Positions 1-11,601 of a DNA stretch of 64,000 bases are shown here, piece after piece. Source of the stretch: an uncultured Planctomycetaceae bacterium (lineage in GTDB: Bacteria > Planctomycetota > Planctomycetia > Planctomycetales > Planctomycetaceae); the NCBI GenBank assembly GCA_963815195.1, contig CAWFGE010000008.1, forward strand, positions 416,001 through 480,000, given 5' to 3'. The translations under genes and the position numbers were made by a program. The notes beneath the pieces were generated by a model. That model was not told the origin of the DNA. It did not search any database and saw nothing but the letters and a program-made list of their open reading frames with translations. Numbering within the stretch: the first letter of the stretch is position 1; every line of letters starts with the position of its first letter.

Positions 1-451
1 GCTCGTAGCGTTGGGACCACACCACTTTCGGAACCAGGTTGTGGACGCGGACGACAAGTACGTCCTCGTAGTGGGAGCGGTTGAAAATGGCGACTTGCCC
101 TCTGGCCGGCGCGGCCGGGTGAATCCGCCACAAAAAGTCGTGCGCCGCCTCCTCGGCGGATGGCTGCTTGAAACCCTCGACACGACAGCCCTGGGGATTC
201 ATCGCCCCCAGGATGTGGTTGATCGTTCCGTCCTTTCCCCCCGTGTCCATGCCTTGCAACACGATGAGCAAGGAAGATCGGCCCTCCGCATAAAGCAACT
301 CCTGCAGTTCGCGGAGCTTCGTGCGGTCTTCCTCAAGCTCCGCGGCAGCTTCCTCGTGGCTTTCGTGATGCTTATCCTTGTACGCCGGGTCGATGTTCTG
401 CAGCTTGACTGTACTGCCTGGTGCCACTCGAAATCGATCGACATATTTCAT
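1..451 (-). CDS. ppk2: Polyphosphate kinase 2 family protein, 5' part (runs off the window edge)
   Basis: Not in the ORF track. Manual translation from ATG 451 (RBS CAGGAG): MKYVDRFRVAPGSTVKL...LLIVLQGMDTGGKDGTINHILGAMNPQG...HDFLWRIH...IFNRSHYEDVLVVRV, which has the PPK2 Walker A and NRSHYE motifs. Confidence 0.92.
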   Translation of the reverse strand, partial: MKYVDRFRVAPGSTVKLQNIDPAYKDKHHESHEEAAAELEEDRTKLRELQELLYAEGRSSLLIVLQGMDTGGKDGTINHILGAMNPQGCRVEGFKQPSAEEAAHDFLWRIHPAAPARGQVAIFNRSHYEDVLVVRVHNLVPKVVWSQRYE

Positions 452-494
452 CTTGATTCTCCTGTCGCGTTCTTTCCGCGCGATCCACATTGGT

Positions 495-3167
495 TCATTT
501 GGGAGTCTTGTCTTTTTTGCGAATCTCTCGCTCCGCCTCTTCCCAGTCCTGGACTCCTCGACGGCGGTCCTCGTAGAGTTCATAAGCTCGTTTCGCGATC
601 TCCGGCGTCAAATCGGTCGGCGTTTCGCCTTTGACTTCAGGCTTTGGTCCGCTATTGGCGGGATCCAGCATTCGATACGCAATCAGTTTCACTCGGTCAC
701 TTAACAGAAACCACAGCAGAGCATAGCCCCACACGAATCCGGCCCAGCCCCAACCGAGTGGGGGCATGAATAGCCCGTAAACCGCAATCAGCGTCGCCAA
801 GATTTGCGTACCGAGTACCGCCATCCATAGAATCCGCGCGGGGCGTATGGACCAGAACGGGCCGCGCGTGCGGGTCATGAAAATGGTCAGATGCCCCGCT
901 ACGGACAGCATCAAATACATCATCGGCTGGAGATGTGGACGGTCGAGGTGAAACATCCGGTTGCCCAGGTAAAACAGGCCAAAAGCGGCGATGGGTCCGA
1001 CGATGCCCAGCACCGTGGCGATGCCCAGCACGAGCTGCATGTTCCAGGCCTCGGGCTTATCGTCGTAATGCACGTTGTCATAGGCTATGGAGAGGATCGC
1101 GCCGTCATTGAGCAACGCCAGCATCACAATCATCAGCGCAGTCAGAGGGTAAAAGTCAAAAATTACAATCGCCGCCGTCATAAACAACAGCACGCGCAGC
1201 GTCTCGGCGATGCGGTAGATCGCATAGCTGTTCATCCGCTGGAAGATTTTCCGGCTCTCTTTAATGGCGTCGATGATCACCGACAAGCCGGGCGCCACCA
1301 GCACGATGGACGCCGCCGCGCGGGCCGCGTCCGTCGCGCCGGAAACGGCGATGCCGCAATCGGCTTTCTTGAGCGCAGGGGCGTCATTCACGCCGTCGCC
1401 CGTCATGCCAACGATGTGCCCGCGTTTTTGCAGGACATCGACAATGTGGTACTTGTGTTCGGGAAACACCTGGGCGAAGCCATCGGCCTTGTCGATCGAC
1501 TCCGCCACCTCCGAGGTCTCTTGCTTTTTCGAATCGCCCAGGCTGGCCGCGTCGAGGATATTGGCACCCATGTCCAGCTTTTTGGCGGTCTCCTTGGCGA
1601 TGGCGAGTGCATCGCCCGTCACCATTTTGACCTTCACGCCCATCTTGCGAGCCTCCGCGACGGTTGCCTTGGCATCGTCCCGTGGCGGATCGAACAGTGG
1701 CAACACACCTAGGAATTGCCATGGCCCGTCTCCCTCGGCGCGCGCCACGCCCAATGAGCGAAAGCCACGCGCTGCGAAGTCGTTGACCGCCTTGTCGACG
1801 GCGGGTTTCACGTCTCCGGCATTGGCTGACAATGCCAAAATCACCTGGGGCGCCCCCTTTGTGACCTTGAACTCCTTTCCGTCCGCGCCCTTGACGGTGG
1901 CCTCAGTGCGTTTATGAACCGGGTCGAACGGCAGGAAATGAACCGCCTGATAGCTCTTCAAGGCCTGGTCATCCTTCACGCCAACAAGGACAGCGAGATC
2001 AATGGTGTCGTTGTCCTCGGCGCGTGAAGCCAGCGCACCAGCCAGGATGACCTGGTCGGCAGGGACGCCGTTGATTGTGAACGGGTCGCCGAGCGTCAGC
2101 TTGTTTTGCGTCAGGGTGCCGGTCTTGTCCGCGCACAGCACATCCACGCCCGCCAACTCCTCGATGGCCTCCAGCCTGCTCACAATCGCTTGCTTCCTGG
2201 AAAGCAGTCTCGCTCCGACCGCCATCGTTACCGACAACACCGTGGGCATCGCCACCGGAATGGCCGCGACCGTGAGAATGAGGGCGAACAAGAGGACCGG
2301 GTCCTTCGGAGGTTTCGCGTAGAGCATCGGTTCGCCGCGGAAGAACCCGACCGTTATAATCACGGCCACCAGAGCCACCGCGAGGATAATCAGATACTTG
2401 CCGATCTTCAGCACGGCCTGTTGAAAATGGCTGTCGGTGTGCGCTTCCTGGACGAGTTGCGCCGTCTTCCCAAAGTAGGTGTTGGCTCCCGTCGCATAGA
2501 CCAGTGCGCCGATTTCACCCCGACGTATGATGGAACCAGAAAACACCGGCTGGCCGGATTTCCGCGTGGCGGGCAACGACTCTCCCGTGAGCGCGGACTG
2601 ATCCACTGACACCTCGTCGCCGTCCAGCAAGCGCGCATCCGCCGGGACAATGTCGCCCAGGCGCAGGCGGATGACGTCGCCCGGTACCAACTCACGGGCT
2701 AGGGGATTGATCCATTTACCGTCCCGTTTCACTCGGGCGGTGATCGCCAGCCTGGCCTTCAGGGCGTCGATGGCGTTGCCGGCCTGGTGTTCTTCCCAAA
2801 ATCCGACCACGGCATTGCAAAGCAGCAGAAAGAGGATGATGCCAAAATCCTCCCAGTGGCCGACGACGGCCGACAGAATCACCGCCACCTCGATCATCCA
2901 CGGGATGGGGCCCCAGAAATAGGTGAGGAATTTCAGAAGCGGATTGGCCGACTTTTCTTCGATCTCGTTTGGCCCATATTGGGTCAGCCGCTTCTGCGCC
3001 TCGGCTTGACTCAGCCCGTCCGGCGACGATCCCAGTTTTTTCTCCACCTCCGCCATGGGCAGCGATTTCAGGTCGTCCTTCGGATCTGGCTTGGCATCAG
3101 GTTTCGCGTCGGCTTTGGCATCAGGCTTCGATTCTGGAGCCTCGTGCTGGTCAGTCTCTGTTTTCAT
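495..3167 (-). CDS. P-type H+-exporting ATPase (type IIIA, PMA-like) with a short DUF2934-like C-terminal tail
   Basis: Motifs TGES, IPVAMPTVLSVTMAVGA, DKTGTLT, KGAPQ, MVTGD, GDGVNDAPALKKA and ALLNDGAILSIAYD (P3A signature). Start chosen at MKTETD (3167) behind AAGGAAG. Confidence 0.93.
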   Translation of the reverse strand: MKTETDQHEAPESKPDAKADAKPDAKPDPKDDLKSLPMAEVEKKLGSSPDGLSQAEAQKRLTQYGPNEIEEKSANPLLKFLTYFWGPIPWMIEVAVILSAVVGHWEDFGIILFLLLCNAVVGFWEEHQAGNAIDALKARLAITARVKRDGKWINPLARELVPGDVIRLRLGDIVPADARLLDGDEVSVDQSALTGESLPATRKSGQPVFSGSIIRRGEIGALVYATGANTYFGKTAQLVQEAHTDSHFQQAVLKIGKYLIILAVALVAVIITVGFFRGEPMLYAKPPKDPVLLFALILTVAAIPVAMPTVLSVTMAVGARLLSRKQAIVSRLEAIEELAGVDVLCADKTGTLTQNKLTLGDPFTINGVPADQVILAGALASRAEDNDTIDLAVLVGVKDDQALKSYQAVHFLPFDPVHKRTEATVKGADGKEFKVTKGAPQVILALSANAGDVKPAVDKAVNDFAARGFRSLGVARAEGDGPWQFLGVLPLFDPPRDDAKATVAEARKMGVKVKMVTGDALAIAKETAKKLDMGANILDAASLGDSKKQETSEVAESIDKADGFAQVFPEHKYHIVDVLQKRGHIVGMTGDGVNDAPALKKADCGIAVSGATDAARAAASIVLVAPGLSVIIDAIKESRKIFQRMNSYAIYRIAETLRVLLFMTAAIVIFDFYPLTALMIVMLALLNDGAILSIAYDNVHYDDKPEAWNMQLVLGIATVLGIVGPIAAFGLFYLGNRMFHLDRPHLQPMMYLMLSVAGHLTIFMTRTRGPFWSIRPARILWMAVLGTQILATLIAVYGLFMPPLGWGWAGFVWGYALLWFLLSDRVKLIAYRMLDPANSGPKPEVKGETPTDLTPEIAKRAYELYEDRRRGVQDWEEAEREIRKKDKTPK

Positions 3168-3270
3168 GCGTTGGCTTCCTTTCACGATTTTGAGTTCTCG
3201 AAACCCGGCGAGTTACCCCTTTGTTTCCAGCGGGGTGCCAGCGCCTCGGTTGAGTGCCGGTTGAAATACT

Positions 3271-3852
3271 TCATTGGGGGGCCGAGTTCCACAGCGCGAT
3301 CGCGGGTTGGTCGGTGCAATCATGCTCATAACAGAGAATGCTGAGCGAAGCCGTGTTGAGCAGAAAGTGCTCCGCCTGCGCGACGGACAGCCCAATCCAC
3401 CGGGCGGCCAGAACGCGGCCCAAATGGCCGTGGGAAAAGAGTGCGATATTTCCATCCCAGGCGCGGACTCGGGTAATGAGGCGGTCAGCGCGGATCGAAA
3501 TCTCGGCTGGTGTTTCCCCGCGGGGAGAGCCGTCACGAAAGAGATTCCAGCCAGGCCGCGACGCGAGTATGTCCGCTGGCGTGCGTCCTTCGTCCTCGCC
3601 ATTGTCCCACTCCGCAAGGTCCGGTTCGATTTCGGCTGTCGGAATCAGCCCGGCCAGCGCACAGGTTTGTTGAGCGCGCTTGAGCGGGCTGCTCAGCACA
3701 CGAGCAAACGGAATGTTCCGAATTCGCTGTCCAAGTTCCCGCGCCTCATCCTCGCCGTGTGCGGTTAGAGGAATGTCCGTGCGACCGGTGTATTGGCCAG
3801 AGAGCGACCACTCGGTTTCGCCGTGTCGAACAAGGTAAAGACGCAGTGGCAT
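3271..3852 (-). CDS. Histidine phosphatase (phosphoglycerate mutase-like) family protein
   Basis: LYLVRHGETEWS...TDIPLT, SSPLKRAQQT and FSHGH motifs; start at MPLRLY. Confidence 0.9.
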   Translation of the reverse strand: MPLRLYLVRHGETEWSLSGQYTGRTDIPLTAHGEDEARELGQRIRNIPFARVLSSPLKRAQQTCALAGLIPTAEIEPDLAEWDNGEDEGRTPADILASRPGWNLFRDGSPRGETPAEISIRADRLITRVRAWDGNIALFSHGHLGRVLAARWIGLSVAQAEHFLLNTASLSILCYEHDCTDQPAIALWNSAPQ

Positions 3853-3854
3853 AA

Positions 3855-4881
3855 TTAGGCCCCTTTCACTTCCATCGCGGGATTGTATTCGCCACGGCGC
3901 GCCTCCCGATTGCATTGGGCGCGGTGCAACAGGGCCTGCTGAGCCGCTCTCACGTTGGCCTCCTGGCCTTGCCAGATCTCCAAAGCCGGTTGCTGGATGG
4001 CTCGGGCAAACGAAAATGCCAACGCCCATGGCGCTCGCGAATGGAATTGAACATTCATGGCATTCAGACGGGCCGAGGCCAGTTCAGCGGATTGGCCGCC
4101 CGAAAGGAATGCAATCCCCGGCACGGCACCAGGGACGGCGCAAGAGACAACTCACCGTGGCGTCGGCGACCTCGTCCACGCTTGCCTGCTCGGGACAGGC
4201 CAATCCCGGGAGCACCATGTTGGGCTTCAGAAGCATCCCCTCCAGCGCCACTCGTTGCATAAAAAGCTGGCCGAACACCGTGTGTAAGACGAGTTCCGTC
4301 ACCTCTCGGCATCGCTGCAGAGTATGCTCGCCGTCCATGAGTACCTCCGGCTCGACAATGGGCACCAGTCCACATTCCTGGCTCAATGCCGCGTAGCGCG
4401 CCAGCGCGTGGGCATTGGCCTCGATGCATCCTCGGCTGGGAAGGCGATCGCCAATGGCAATCACCGCGCGCCACTTGGCAAAACGAGCGCCCATTTGGGA
4501 GTATCTAGTCAAGCGCTCGCGCAAGCCGTCCAGACCTTCTGTGACTTTCTCTCCCGAATGACCTGCCATGTCCTTAGCGCCAAGGTCCACTTTCATGCCG
4601 GGAATAATTCCCGCGTCGGTGAGGACTTTCACAAACGAAACGCCGCTTTTCGTCTGCTGACGGATCGTCTCATCGTAGAGGATCGCGCCGCTGATCGAAT
4701 CGCCGAGGCCGGGCGTGGTCACGATCAACTCCCGATAGGCGCGCCGGGCCTCCTGGGTTTGGGGAATCCCTAACCTGGCAAATCGTTTGTTGCAGGTGGG
4801 GTTGCTTTCATCCATTGCCAGCAGACCCTTGTCGCCAGCGACCAATTCCTTCGCGGTGTCTATCAGTTGTCGTGCGTTCAT
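3855..4881 (-). CDS. Fructose-bisphosphate aldolase class I, frameshifted near 4135
   Basis: KGLLAMDES, FAKWRAVI, VPIVEPEVLMDG and LLKPNMV in 4084..4881; GIAFLSGGQS and FSFARAIQ in 3855..4124. The frames join if 2 nt are restored in TTGCGCCGTCCC. Confidence 0.9.
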
Positions 4882-5249
4882 TGATCGCCACTTCTAAGCC
4901 ATTGCAACGCCTCTTCGTACGCGGATTCCGAAAAGTGCTTGACATCCGGATGCACAAGCTGACCCACGATCTTCGGCAACTCCGCCAGCAAACCATTGTC
5001 GCTGACCACCGCCAGTTTTTTGATTTTTTGGTGATAGCTCTCGATAAGCTGCAAGTGAGCAATCGCGGCTTCGAGGTTCAACCAGCCTGGAAAGGCCTTG
5101 GCGAAGATCATCACCCCGGCCAGGATGCCATGCTCCGCAAGATAGGGATCAATCTCATTAGCCACAGCCTCAAAGTCCGCTGCATCGAGTGGAGATGAGG
5201 GTTCGAGAATGAGTATCCCGTCGGGCAAAAGCAGTTTGTGTTTGAGCAT
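4878..5249 (-). CDS. SpoIIAA-like (STAS/SEC14) protein
   Basis: C-terminal 123 aa of track ORF 4878..5996: MLKHKLL...LDAADFEAV...FPGW...IKKLAVVSD...VKHFSESAYEEALQWL. The stop overlaps the aldolase start (ATGA). Confidence 0.8.
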   Translation of the reverse strand: MLKHKLLLPDGILILEPSSPLDAADFEAVANEIDPYLAEHGILAGVMIFAKAFPGWLNLEAAIAHLQLIESYHQKIKKLAVVSDNGLLAELPKIVGQLVHPDVKHFSESAYEEALQWLRSGDQ

Positions 5250-5293
5250 AGAGTTGTTCCTTGTCGTGGCACGGCGGTCTCCACCGTGGTTTG

Positions 5294-7732
5294 TCAAATG
5301 GGTTTCTCGGTGGAGATCACCGAGTTTGCTTTTAGTGAAGATTGACTCCATTTCCAGTTCCGGATTTCCGGCATGTCCTCGCCATACTTGTCGATGTACT
5401 GCTTGTGCTCGATCAGCTTGTCCTTGAGTTGCTGCTTCAGGTAAACGCCTTTGTCGCCGGTCTGCGGCAGGCGGTCGATGGTATCCATCACCAGATGAAA
5501 TCGATCCAGATCGTTCAGCACGGTCATATCGAAGGGCGTGGTAATGGTCCCCTCTTCCTTGTAGCCGCGGACGTGGATGTTGTCGTGGTTGGTGCGGCGG
5601 TAGGTCAGCCGATGGATCAACCACGGGTAGGCATGGAAGGCGAAAATGACCGGCTTGTCCTTGGTGAAGAGCTCGTCGAATTCGATGTCGCTCAAACCGT
5701 GCGGATGCTCGCTCTGCGGCTGCAGCTTCATGAGGTCGACAACGTTGACGACCCGGATTCTCAGGTCGGGCAAATGTTCTCGCATGATGGAGACGGCGGC
5801 GAGTGTTTCCAGCGTAGGCACGTCGCCACAACAGGCCATGACCACGTCGGGCGCCGCACCCTGGTCGTTGCTCGCCCATTGCCAGATGCCGATCCCTTCG
5901 GAGCAGTGCTTGACCGCGGCCTCCATCGTCAGCCACTGAGGCGCCGGGTGTTTGCCTGCGATCACGACGTTCACGTAATGGCGACTGCGGAGGCAATGGT
6001 CCATCACCGACAGCAGGCAGTTGGCATCCGGTGGCAGGTAGACCCGCACGACCTCAGCCTTCTTGTTCACCACGTGGTCGATGAAACCGGGGTCCTGGTG
6101 CGTAAAGCCGTTGTGATCCTGCCGCCAGACATGCGAGGCCAACAGGTAATTCAACGACGAGATCTTCCGTCGCCACGGCAGACCCGCCGTGACCTTCAAC
6201 CACTTGGCGTGCTGGTTGAACATCGAATCGATGATGTGGATGAACGCCTCGTAGCAGTTGAAAACGCCATGCCGTCCGGTCAGCAGGTAGCCTTCGAGCC
6301 AGCCTTCACATTGGTGTTCGCTGAGCATTTCCATCACGCGCCCGTCGGGCGCCAGGAATTCGTCGTTCGGAAGGGTCGCGGCGTCCCACTGGCGCTGCGT
6401 CACTTCAAACAGGGATTCCAAGCCGTTGGAAAGCGTCTCGTCCGGGCCAAAGACGCGGAAGTTCCGCCGCTCGCCGTTCAACTTCTCCACATCGCGCAGG
6501 AAACGTCCGAGCGCATGGGTATCGCCGATGCCGCGAACCCCGGGCGAAGTCACGTCGATCGCATATTCGCGGAAATCCGGCATCCGCAGGTCGCGGAGCA
6601 GCATGCCGCCGTTGGCGTGCGGATTGGCACCCATGCGTCGATCCCCCTGCGGCGCGAGTTCGGCCAGTTCCGGTTTCAGCCGACCTCTCTCGTCGAACAA
6701 CTCCTCCGGCCGATAACTTCGCAGCCAGTCTTCCAGCATTTGAAGATGTTTTGGATGAGTGGCCGGGTCGGAGATCGGCACCTGATGCGCCCGAAAGGTA
6801 CCCTCAATCTGCAGACCGTCGACAACTTTCGGCCCCGTCCAACCCTTGGGAGATTTGAGAACGATCATCGGCCAGCGCGGACGCGTAAGATTGCCGTGGA
6901 CGCGAGCGTCGTGCTGGATCTGCTTGATCTGCTCCACTGCCGTGTCGAGCGTCGTGGCCATCGCCTCATGCATCAGCGCGGGATCGTGACCCTCGACGAA
7001 GTAGGGCGTCCATCCATAGCCGCGGAGCAACTGCTCCAATTCCTCTTGCTCGATGCGGGCCAAGACGGTCGGGTTGGAGATCTTGTATCCGTTGAGGTGC
7101 AGGATCGGCAGCACCGCGCCGTCGGTGGCCGGATCGAGAAACTTGTTGGAATGCCAGGCCGTGGCCAACGGCCCGGTTTCGGCCTCGCCGTCGCCGACGA
7201 CGCAGGCCACGATGAGATCGGGATTGTCGAACACGGCTCCGAACGAATGACTGAGCGAATAGCCCAACTCGCCTCCCTCGTGAATCGAGCCCGGACACTC
7301 CGGAGAGGCGTGGCTGGGAATGCCGCCGGGAAACGAAAACTGCTTGAAGAGCTTTTGCAGTCCGGCTTCGTCCTGGCTGATGTCGGGATAGATCTCGCTG
7401 TAGGTGCCTTCGAGGTATGTGTTGCCCACGACAGCCGGGCCGCCATGCCCAGGGCCGGACACATAGATCATGTCGAGTTCATATTTCTTGATGACGCGGT
7501 TCAAGTGCACGTAAATGAAGTTCTGCCCCGGCGTCGTCCCCCAGTGTCCCAGCAGCATGTGCTTTACATCCGCAAGCGCCAGGGACCGCCTCAGCAGCGG
7601 ATTGTCGAAGAGATAAATCTGGCCGACGGACAGATAATTCGCGGTGCGCCAGTAGGCATCCATCTTGTCCAGAAGTTCCGGGGATAGATGTTCTGTCTTC
7701 TTGGTTTCCGCGGTCGTGGTTTCTATCGGCAT
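5294..7732 (-). CDS. xfp: Xylulose-5-P/fructose-6-P phosphoketolase
   Basis: [50 protein letters not shown] and [22 protein letters not shown] before MPIETT. Confidence 0.96.
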   Translation of the reverse strand: MPIETTTAETKKTEHLSPELLDKMDAYWRTANYLSVGQIYLFDNPLLRRSLALADVKHMLLGHWGTTPGQNFIYVHLNRVIKKYELDMIYVSGPGHGGPAVVGNTYLEGTYSEIYPDISQDEAGLQKLFKQFSFPGGIPSHASPECPGSIHEGGELGYSLSHSFGAVFDNPDLIVACVVGDGEAETGPLATAWHSNKFLDPATDGAVLPILHLNGYKISNPTVLARIEQEELEQLLRGYGWTPYFVEGHDPALMHEAMATTLDTAVEQIKQIQHDARVHGNLTRPRWPMIVLKSPKGWTGPKVVDGLQIEGTFRAHQVPISDPATHPKHLQMLEDWLRSYRPEELFDERGRLKPELAELAPQGDRRMGANPHANGGMLLRDLRMPDFREYAIDVTSPGVRGIGDTHALGRFLRDVEKLNGERRNFRVFGPDETLSNGLESLFEVTQRQWDAATLPNDEFLAPDGRVMEMLSEHQCEGWLEGYLLTGRHGVFNCYEAFIHIIDSMFNQHAKWLKVTAGLPWRRKISSLNYLLASHVWRQDHNGFTHQDPGFIDHVVNKKAEVVRVYLPPDANCLLSVMDHCLRSRHYVNVVIAGKHPAPQWLTMEAAVKHCSEGIGIWQWASNDQGAAPDVVMACCGDVPTLETLAAVSIMREHLPDLRIRVVNVVDLMKLQPQSEHPHGLSDIEFDELFTKDKPVIFAFHAYPWLIHRLTYRRTNHDNIHVRGYKEEGTITTPFDMTVLNDLDRFHLVMDTIDRLPQTGDKGVYLKQQLKDKLIEHKQYIDKYGEDMPEIRNWKWSQSSLKANSVISTEKPI

Positions 7733-7749
7733 GATTCTCTCCTTTTTGT

Positions 7750-8940
7750 TTAGTTGAGGCCGAGGACGCGACACACGTTCTTGGCGATCATGAGTTGTTC
7801 GTCCGTGTGTATAACGCGGACCGCAACTCGGCTCGCTTCCGCGGAGATCACGGCTTCATTCGCGGTATTTTGCTTTTCATCGATTGCGATTCCAAGGAAC
7901 CCCAGTTCATTGCAAATGCGGTGCCGGATTGGCGGAGCGTTTTCACCAATGCCACCGGCGAACACCAGTGTGTCCAATCCGCCGAGCACCGCCGCAAAGG
8001 CACCGATCCATTTCTTGACCTGGTAGCAGAACAGCGCGACGGCTTCAGCCGCTCGCACGTCCTGCGACTCGCGGTCGAGCAACTCGCGCATGTCGGCACT
8101 GGTCTCCGAAACGCCCAGCAGACCCGACTGGGAATTCGCCATCTCGTTGAATTGCGTCGCAGTCATTTGTTCGGTACGCGCCAGATACCCAATCAATCCG
8201 GGGTCAAGATCGCCGGATCGGGTGCTCATGGGCACACCCGCGGTCGGCGTGAAGCCCATGCTGGTGTCAATGCTCTTGCCGTTGCAGACGGCGGCCAGGC
8301 TCGCGCCGTTCCCGAGATGCGCAAGGATCACGCGGCCACCTGTTGGGGCCGGGTCGCCGAGCCGTGCGAGTTCTTCCATCAGATAGGCATAGGACAATCC
8401 GTGGAAACCATAACGCTCGACGCCCTGAGTCGCGTAACGACGGGGAATCGGCAGCAGCTTGGCAACCCGCGGCATGGTGCGGTGAAACGCCGTGTCAAAG
8501 CAGGCCACTTGAGGCAGTTTGGCATGGCGCTGCAGAAACGCTTCGATCAGTTCGATCTCGCCGGGCAGATGTTCTGGATCATACGGGCCGATGCGATGGA
8601 GTTCGGTTAACAATTCCGCTGTGACCAACTCGGGTTGAGTGTGTTTCATTCCATGGACCACGCGGTGTCCTACGGCTTCAACGGAAATCAACTCGCCCTG
8701 CTCATCGAGCCAATCCATCAGAAAGTGCACGGCCGATTTGTGAGTCGAATCGGTGAGGCGGATACTCTCCGGCGGATCCCTGGTTGGTTCGTTGAACGTC
8801 AGATTCGTCCCGCTCAGCCCGATACGATCAATCATTCCGGACAGACGGCGCTCCAGCGGTTTGCCCGATTCGAATAGCGCGAACTTGATGCTCGACGAGC
8901 CGCCGTTGATCGTCAAGACGCGCGGCTTAGCTCGTTTCAT
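7750..8940 (-). CDS. ackA: Acetate kinase
   Basis: [46 protein letters not shown] and GGIGEN. Confidence 0.95.
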   Translation of the reverse strand: MKRAKPRVLTINGGSSSIKFALFESGKPLERRLSGMIDRIGLSGTNLTFNEPTRDPPESIRLTDSTHKSAVHFLMDWLDEQGELISVEAVGHRVVHGMKHTQPELVTAELLTELHRIGPYDPEHLPGEIELIEAFLQRHAKLPQVACFDTAFHRTMPRVAKLLPIPRRYATQGVERYGFHGLSYAYLMEELARLGDPAPTGGRVILAHLGNGASLAAVCNGKSIDTSMGFTPTAGVPMSTRSGDLDPGLIGYLARTEQMTATQFNEMANSQSGLLGVSETSADMRELLDRESQDVRAAEAVALFCYQVKKWIGAFAAVLGGLDTLVFAGGIGENAPPIRHRICNELGFLGIAIDEKQNTANEAVISAEASRVAVRVIHTDEQLMIAKNVCRVLGLN

Positions 8941-9042
8941 GGATGACTCCCCCGACAACCGTCGAATGCCCTGCGACGAATATCATGCTGCAGCGAGCAG
9001 CCAGGTGATAGGTCGTTGCGCCAGATGCCACTGGTGTGTTCA

Positions 9043-11601
9043 TCATCTTTGCCATCGGATTCGAGTGAATTCCAACGGAACCGCTACTCCGGAGCGTTGA
9101 GGTACCAATCGCACCGTGTAGTCGCTAACGGGTCGTGTCGTGGGGACTGTCGCGTGATACACGCGGCGGCCATCGTCAGATGGTGGTTCCCCACACGTCA
9201 TTGCCTCTCGTATTGGAGCGTCGCCGTTGACTCCGTCCGCATAGAGCTGCACCCGGAATTCGTTCGGGTCGAAATCATTCAGCACGATGTCAACTTCGAA
9301 CTTATGGTGGTCTGAGTTGGTTTCAACCCGCGACTCTCCGATCTGGAACGAGTTCCACTTCCGATCCACCGCATGCTGCCAATCAACCATTTGCCTGCCC
9401 ACCGCACCCTGATCGGCCGCGCGCTCGCGGTAGGCGGCGGCCGCCGGCAGGTAGTGATCTTCGGTGTATTCGCAAACCGCCCGGCTGGCGGAGAAACGCG
9501 GCGTCAACCGCGCCATGCTTTCGCGCATTCGCTTGACCCAGGCGGTGGGAATGCCCTGGTCGTCACGAGTGTAGAACTCCGGGATCACTTCCCGTTCGAG
9601 CAGTTCGTAGAGTGCCTCGGCTTCGGCTGCATCCCAGGCCGGGTCGTCGCCATGTTCCTGGCCATCCCCCAACGCCCAGCCCACTTGAGGCGCGTATGCT
9701 TCCGCCCACCAGCCATCCAATTCCGAGAGATTGATGCCGCCATTGACGAGAACCTTCATGCCACTGGTGCCACTCGCCTCCCACGGTCGCCGTGGCGTGT
9801 TGATCCAGACATCGACCCCTTGCACGAGATGCTCCGTTAACAGCATGTCGTAGTCGCAGAGGAAAATGATGTGCGGTCTGGTTTCTGGTTGACGAATGAA
9901 TTGGATCCATTCACGAATCAAAGCCTGCCCGGCCTGGTCCTGTGGATGCGCCTTGCCGGCGATGATCAGTTGCACCGGGCGCTCGGAATTCGCCAACAGG
10001 CGCAGCAAACGCGCCCGGTCGTGCAGCAGCAGATTCGGCCGCTTGTACGTCGCGAACCGGCGTGCAAATCCCAATGTCAACGCTTTCGGATCAAAGAGAT
10101 GTTTCGCCCCGTCCACCGCCTCGGGCGGTGCGCCGGACGCGGCGAGTTGCCGGGACAACCGCTCGCGCGCATATTCGACCAGCGACTTGCTGGCGGCAAC
10201 GCGAAATTGCCACAGCCTGGCATCGGAGACGCCGCGCATGTCCTGCTCCAGGGTATCCGTCGTCCCCAGCCAACGGTCCTTCCCACAGGCTTCGGTCCAC
10301 AGATCATCGGCCGGCGCCGAATCCCAGGTCGGCATGTGGACTCCATTCGTCACGTATCCGACCGGCACTTCGTTCTCCGGCCAGTGCGGAAATAGTGGCT
10401 CAAACAGACGCCGGCTGACTTTCCCATGCAAGCGGCTGACGCCATTCACCGCTCCGCTGCCGCGGATGGCCAGATAGGCCATATTAAAAGTCTCCGACGA
10501 ATCGTTGGCGTTCTGGCGGCCCAGCGCCAGCAAATCGTGGACGGAAATGCCAAGCTCTTCCTGGGCGTACCGCCCCAGGTATTGCTCAATGAGAGCCGGA
10601 GCGAAGCCGTCAAAGCCGGCGGCCACCGCCGTGTGGGTCGTAAAAAGGTTCCCCGCTCGCGTAACGGCCAAAGCAACTTCAAAGGGCTGCCCGGTCTCCT
10701 GCATGAAACTGCGGGCGCGTTCCAGCACGGCAAAGGCGGCATGCCCTTCATTCAAATGACAGACCTCCGGCTGGATGCCCAGCGCACGAAGAAGTCGCCA
10801 GCCGCCGATCCCGAGCAGCAACTCCTGCTTCAGTCGCAGCTCCGGCCCACCGCCGTACAGCTCGCTTGTAATCCCACGATGCGCGGGGAAGTTTGCGGCG
10901 TCGTTGCTGTCCAACAGGTACAGCTTGACTCGGCCGACCTGAACCTGCCAGGCGCGCAGCCAAACTGCATAGCCGGGCAACTGAATCTCCAGCCGCAGCC
11001 ACTCGCCGTTCGCTTCGCGCACGGGAGCGATCGGCAACTGTCCGGGATCGTTGTACGGGTAGAGGGCCTGTTGCGCTCCGTCCTGATCGATGACCTGACG
11101 AAAATAACCTTGCTGGTAAAGAAGGCCCACGCCGACGACCGGTACACCCAGGTCGCTGGCGGCTTTCATTTGATCGCCGGCCACGTTGCCCAGCCCGCCA
11201 GAGTAGATCGGCAACGCTTCGCTCAACATGAACTCCATGCTGAAGTAAGCCACACAACTCAGCGCAGAGCCTGGATAAGTTTGCTGAAACCACGCGGGCG
11301 CCTCGACGGCCTGCCGCCTGGTCCGCAACAAGCCGTCCACCTGTTTGCGAAATGCAGGATCGGCCATCACGCGATTGATCTGGTCGCGCGAGACTGTCTG
11401 CAGGATAACCCAGGGGTTGTGTGTGATCTCCCACAATTCCGGATCAAGCTGCCGCCAGACTTCGTCGGTCGCATGATTCCACGACCAACGCAGATCCAGG
11501 GCCAACTCAGACAGGGAATCGAATCCTTCGATTTCCGTGGGGAGAAGATTGTAGATCGGGTGACTCACACGGGTTTTATCGCTCGCCGTTTTCGAATCCA
11601 T
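9043..11601 (-). CDS. glgP: Alpha-glucan (glycogen/starch) phosphorylase
   Basis: AYFSMEF, YSGGLGNVAGD, HLNEGH, FARRFATYKR and EASGTSGMK (PLP lysine). Confidence 0.95.
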   Translation of the reverse strand: MDSKTASDKTRVSHPIYNLLPTEIEGFDSLSELALDLRWSWNHATDEVWRQLDPELWEITHNPWVILQTVSRDQINRVMADPAFRKQVDGLLRTRRQAVEAPAWFQQTYPGSALSCVAYFSMEFMLSEALPIYSGGLGNVAGDQMKAASDLGVPVVGVGLLYQQGYFRQVIDQDGAQQALYPYNDPGQLPIAPVREANGEWLRLEIQLPGYAVWLRAWQVQVGRVKLYLLDSNDAANFPAHRGITSELYGGGPELRLKQELLLGIGGWRLLRALGIQPEVCHLNEGHAAFAVLERARSFMQETGQPFEVALAVTRAGNLFTTHTAVAAGFDGFAPALIEQYLGRYAQEELGISVHDLLALGRQNANDSSETFNMAYLAIRGSGAVNGVSRLHGKVSRRLFEPLFPHWPENEVPVGYVTNGVHMPTWDSAPADDLWTEACGKDRWLGTTDTLEQDMRGVSDARLWQFRVAASKSLVEYARERLSRQLAASGAPPEAVDGAKHLFDPKALTLGFARRFATYKRPNLLLHDRARLLRLLANSERPVQLIIAGKAHPQDQAGQALIREWIQFIRQPETRPHIIFLCDYDMLLTEHLVQGVDVWINTPRRPWEASGTSGMKVLVNGGINLSELDGWWAEAYAPQVGWALGDGQEHGDDPAWDAAEAEALYELLEREVIPEFYTRDDQGIPTAWVKRMRESMARLTPRFSASRAVCEYTEDHYLPAAAAYRERAADQGAVGRQMVDWQHAVDRKWNSFQIGESRVETNSDHHKFEVDIVLNDFDPNEFRVQLYADGVNGDAPIREAMTCGEPPSDDGRRVYHATVPTTRPVSDYTVRLVPQRSGVAVPLEFTRIRWQR

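Noticed and set aside
4878..5996. 372-aa ORF as a single gene
   Set aside because: Only the last 123 aa are the STAS-like protein; the rest is an alternate frame of xfp.
5342..7687. Long plus-strand ORFs opposite xfp (and similar ones opposite glgP, tkt, amrS, dus and GNAT)
   Set aside because: Antisense shadows typical of high-GC coding DNA; no recognisable motifs.
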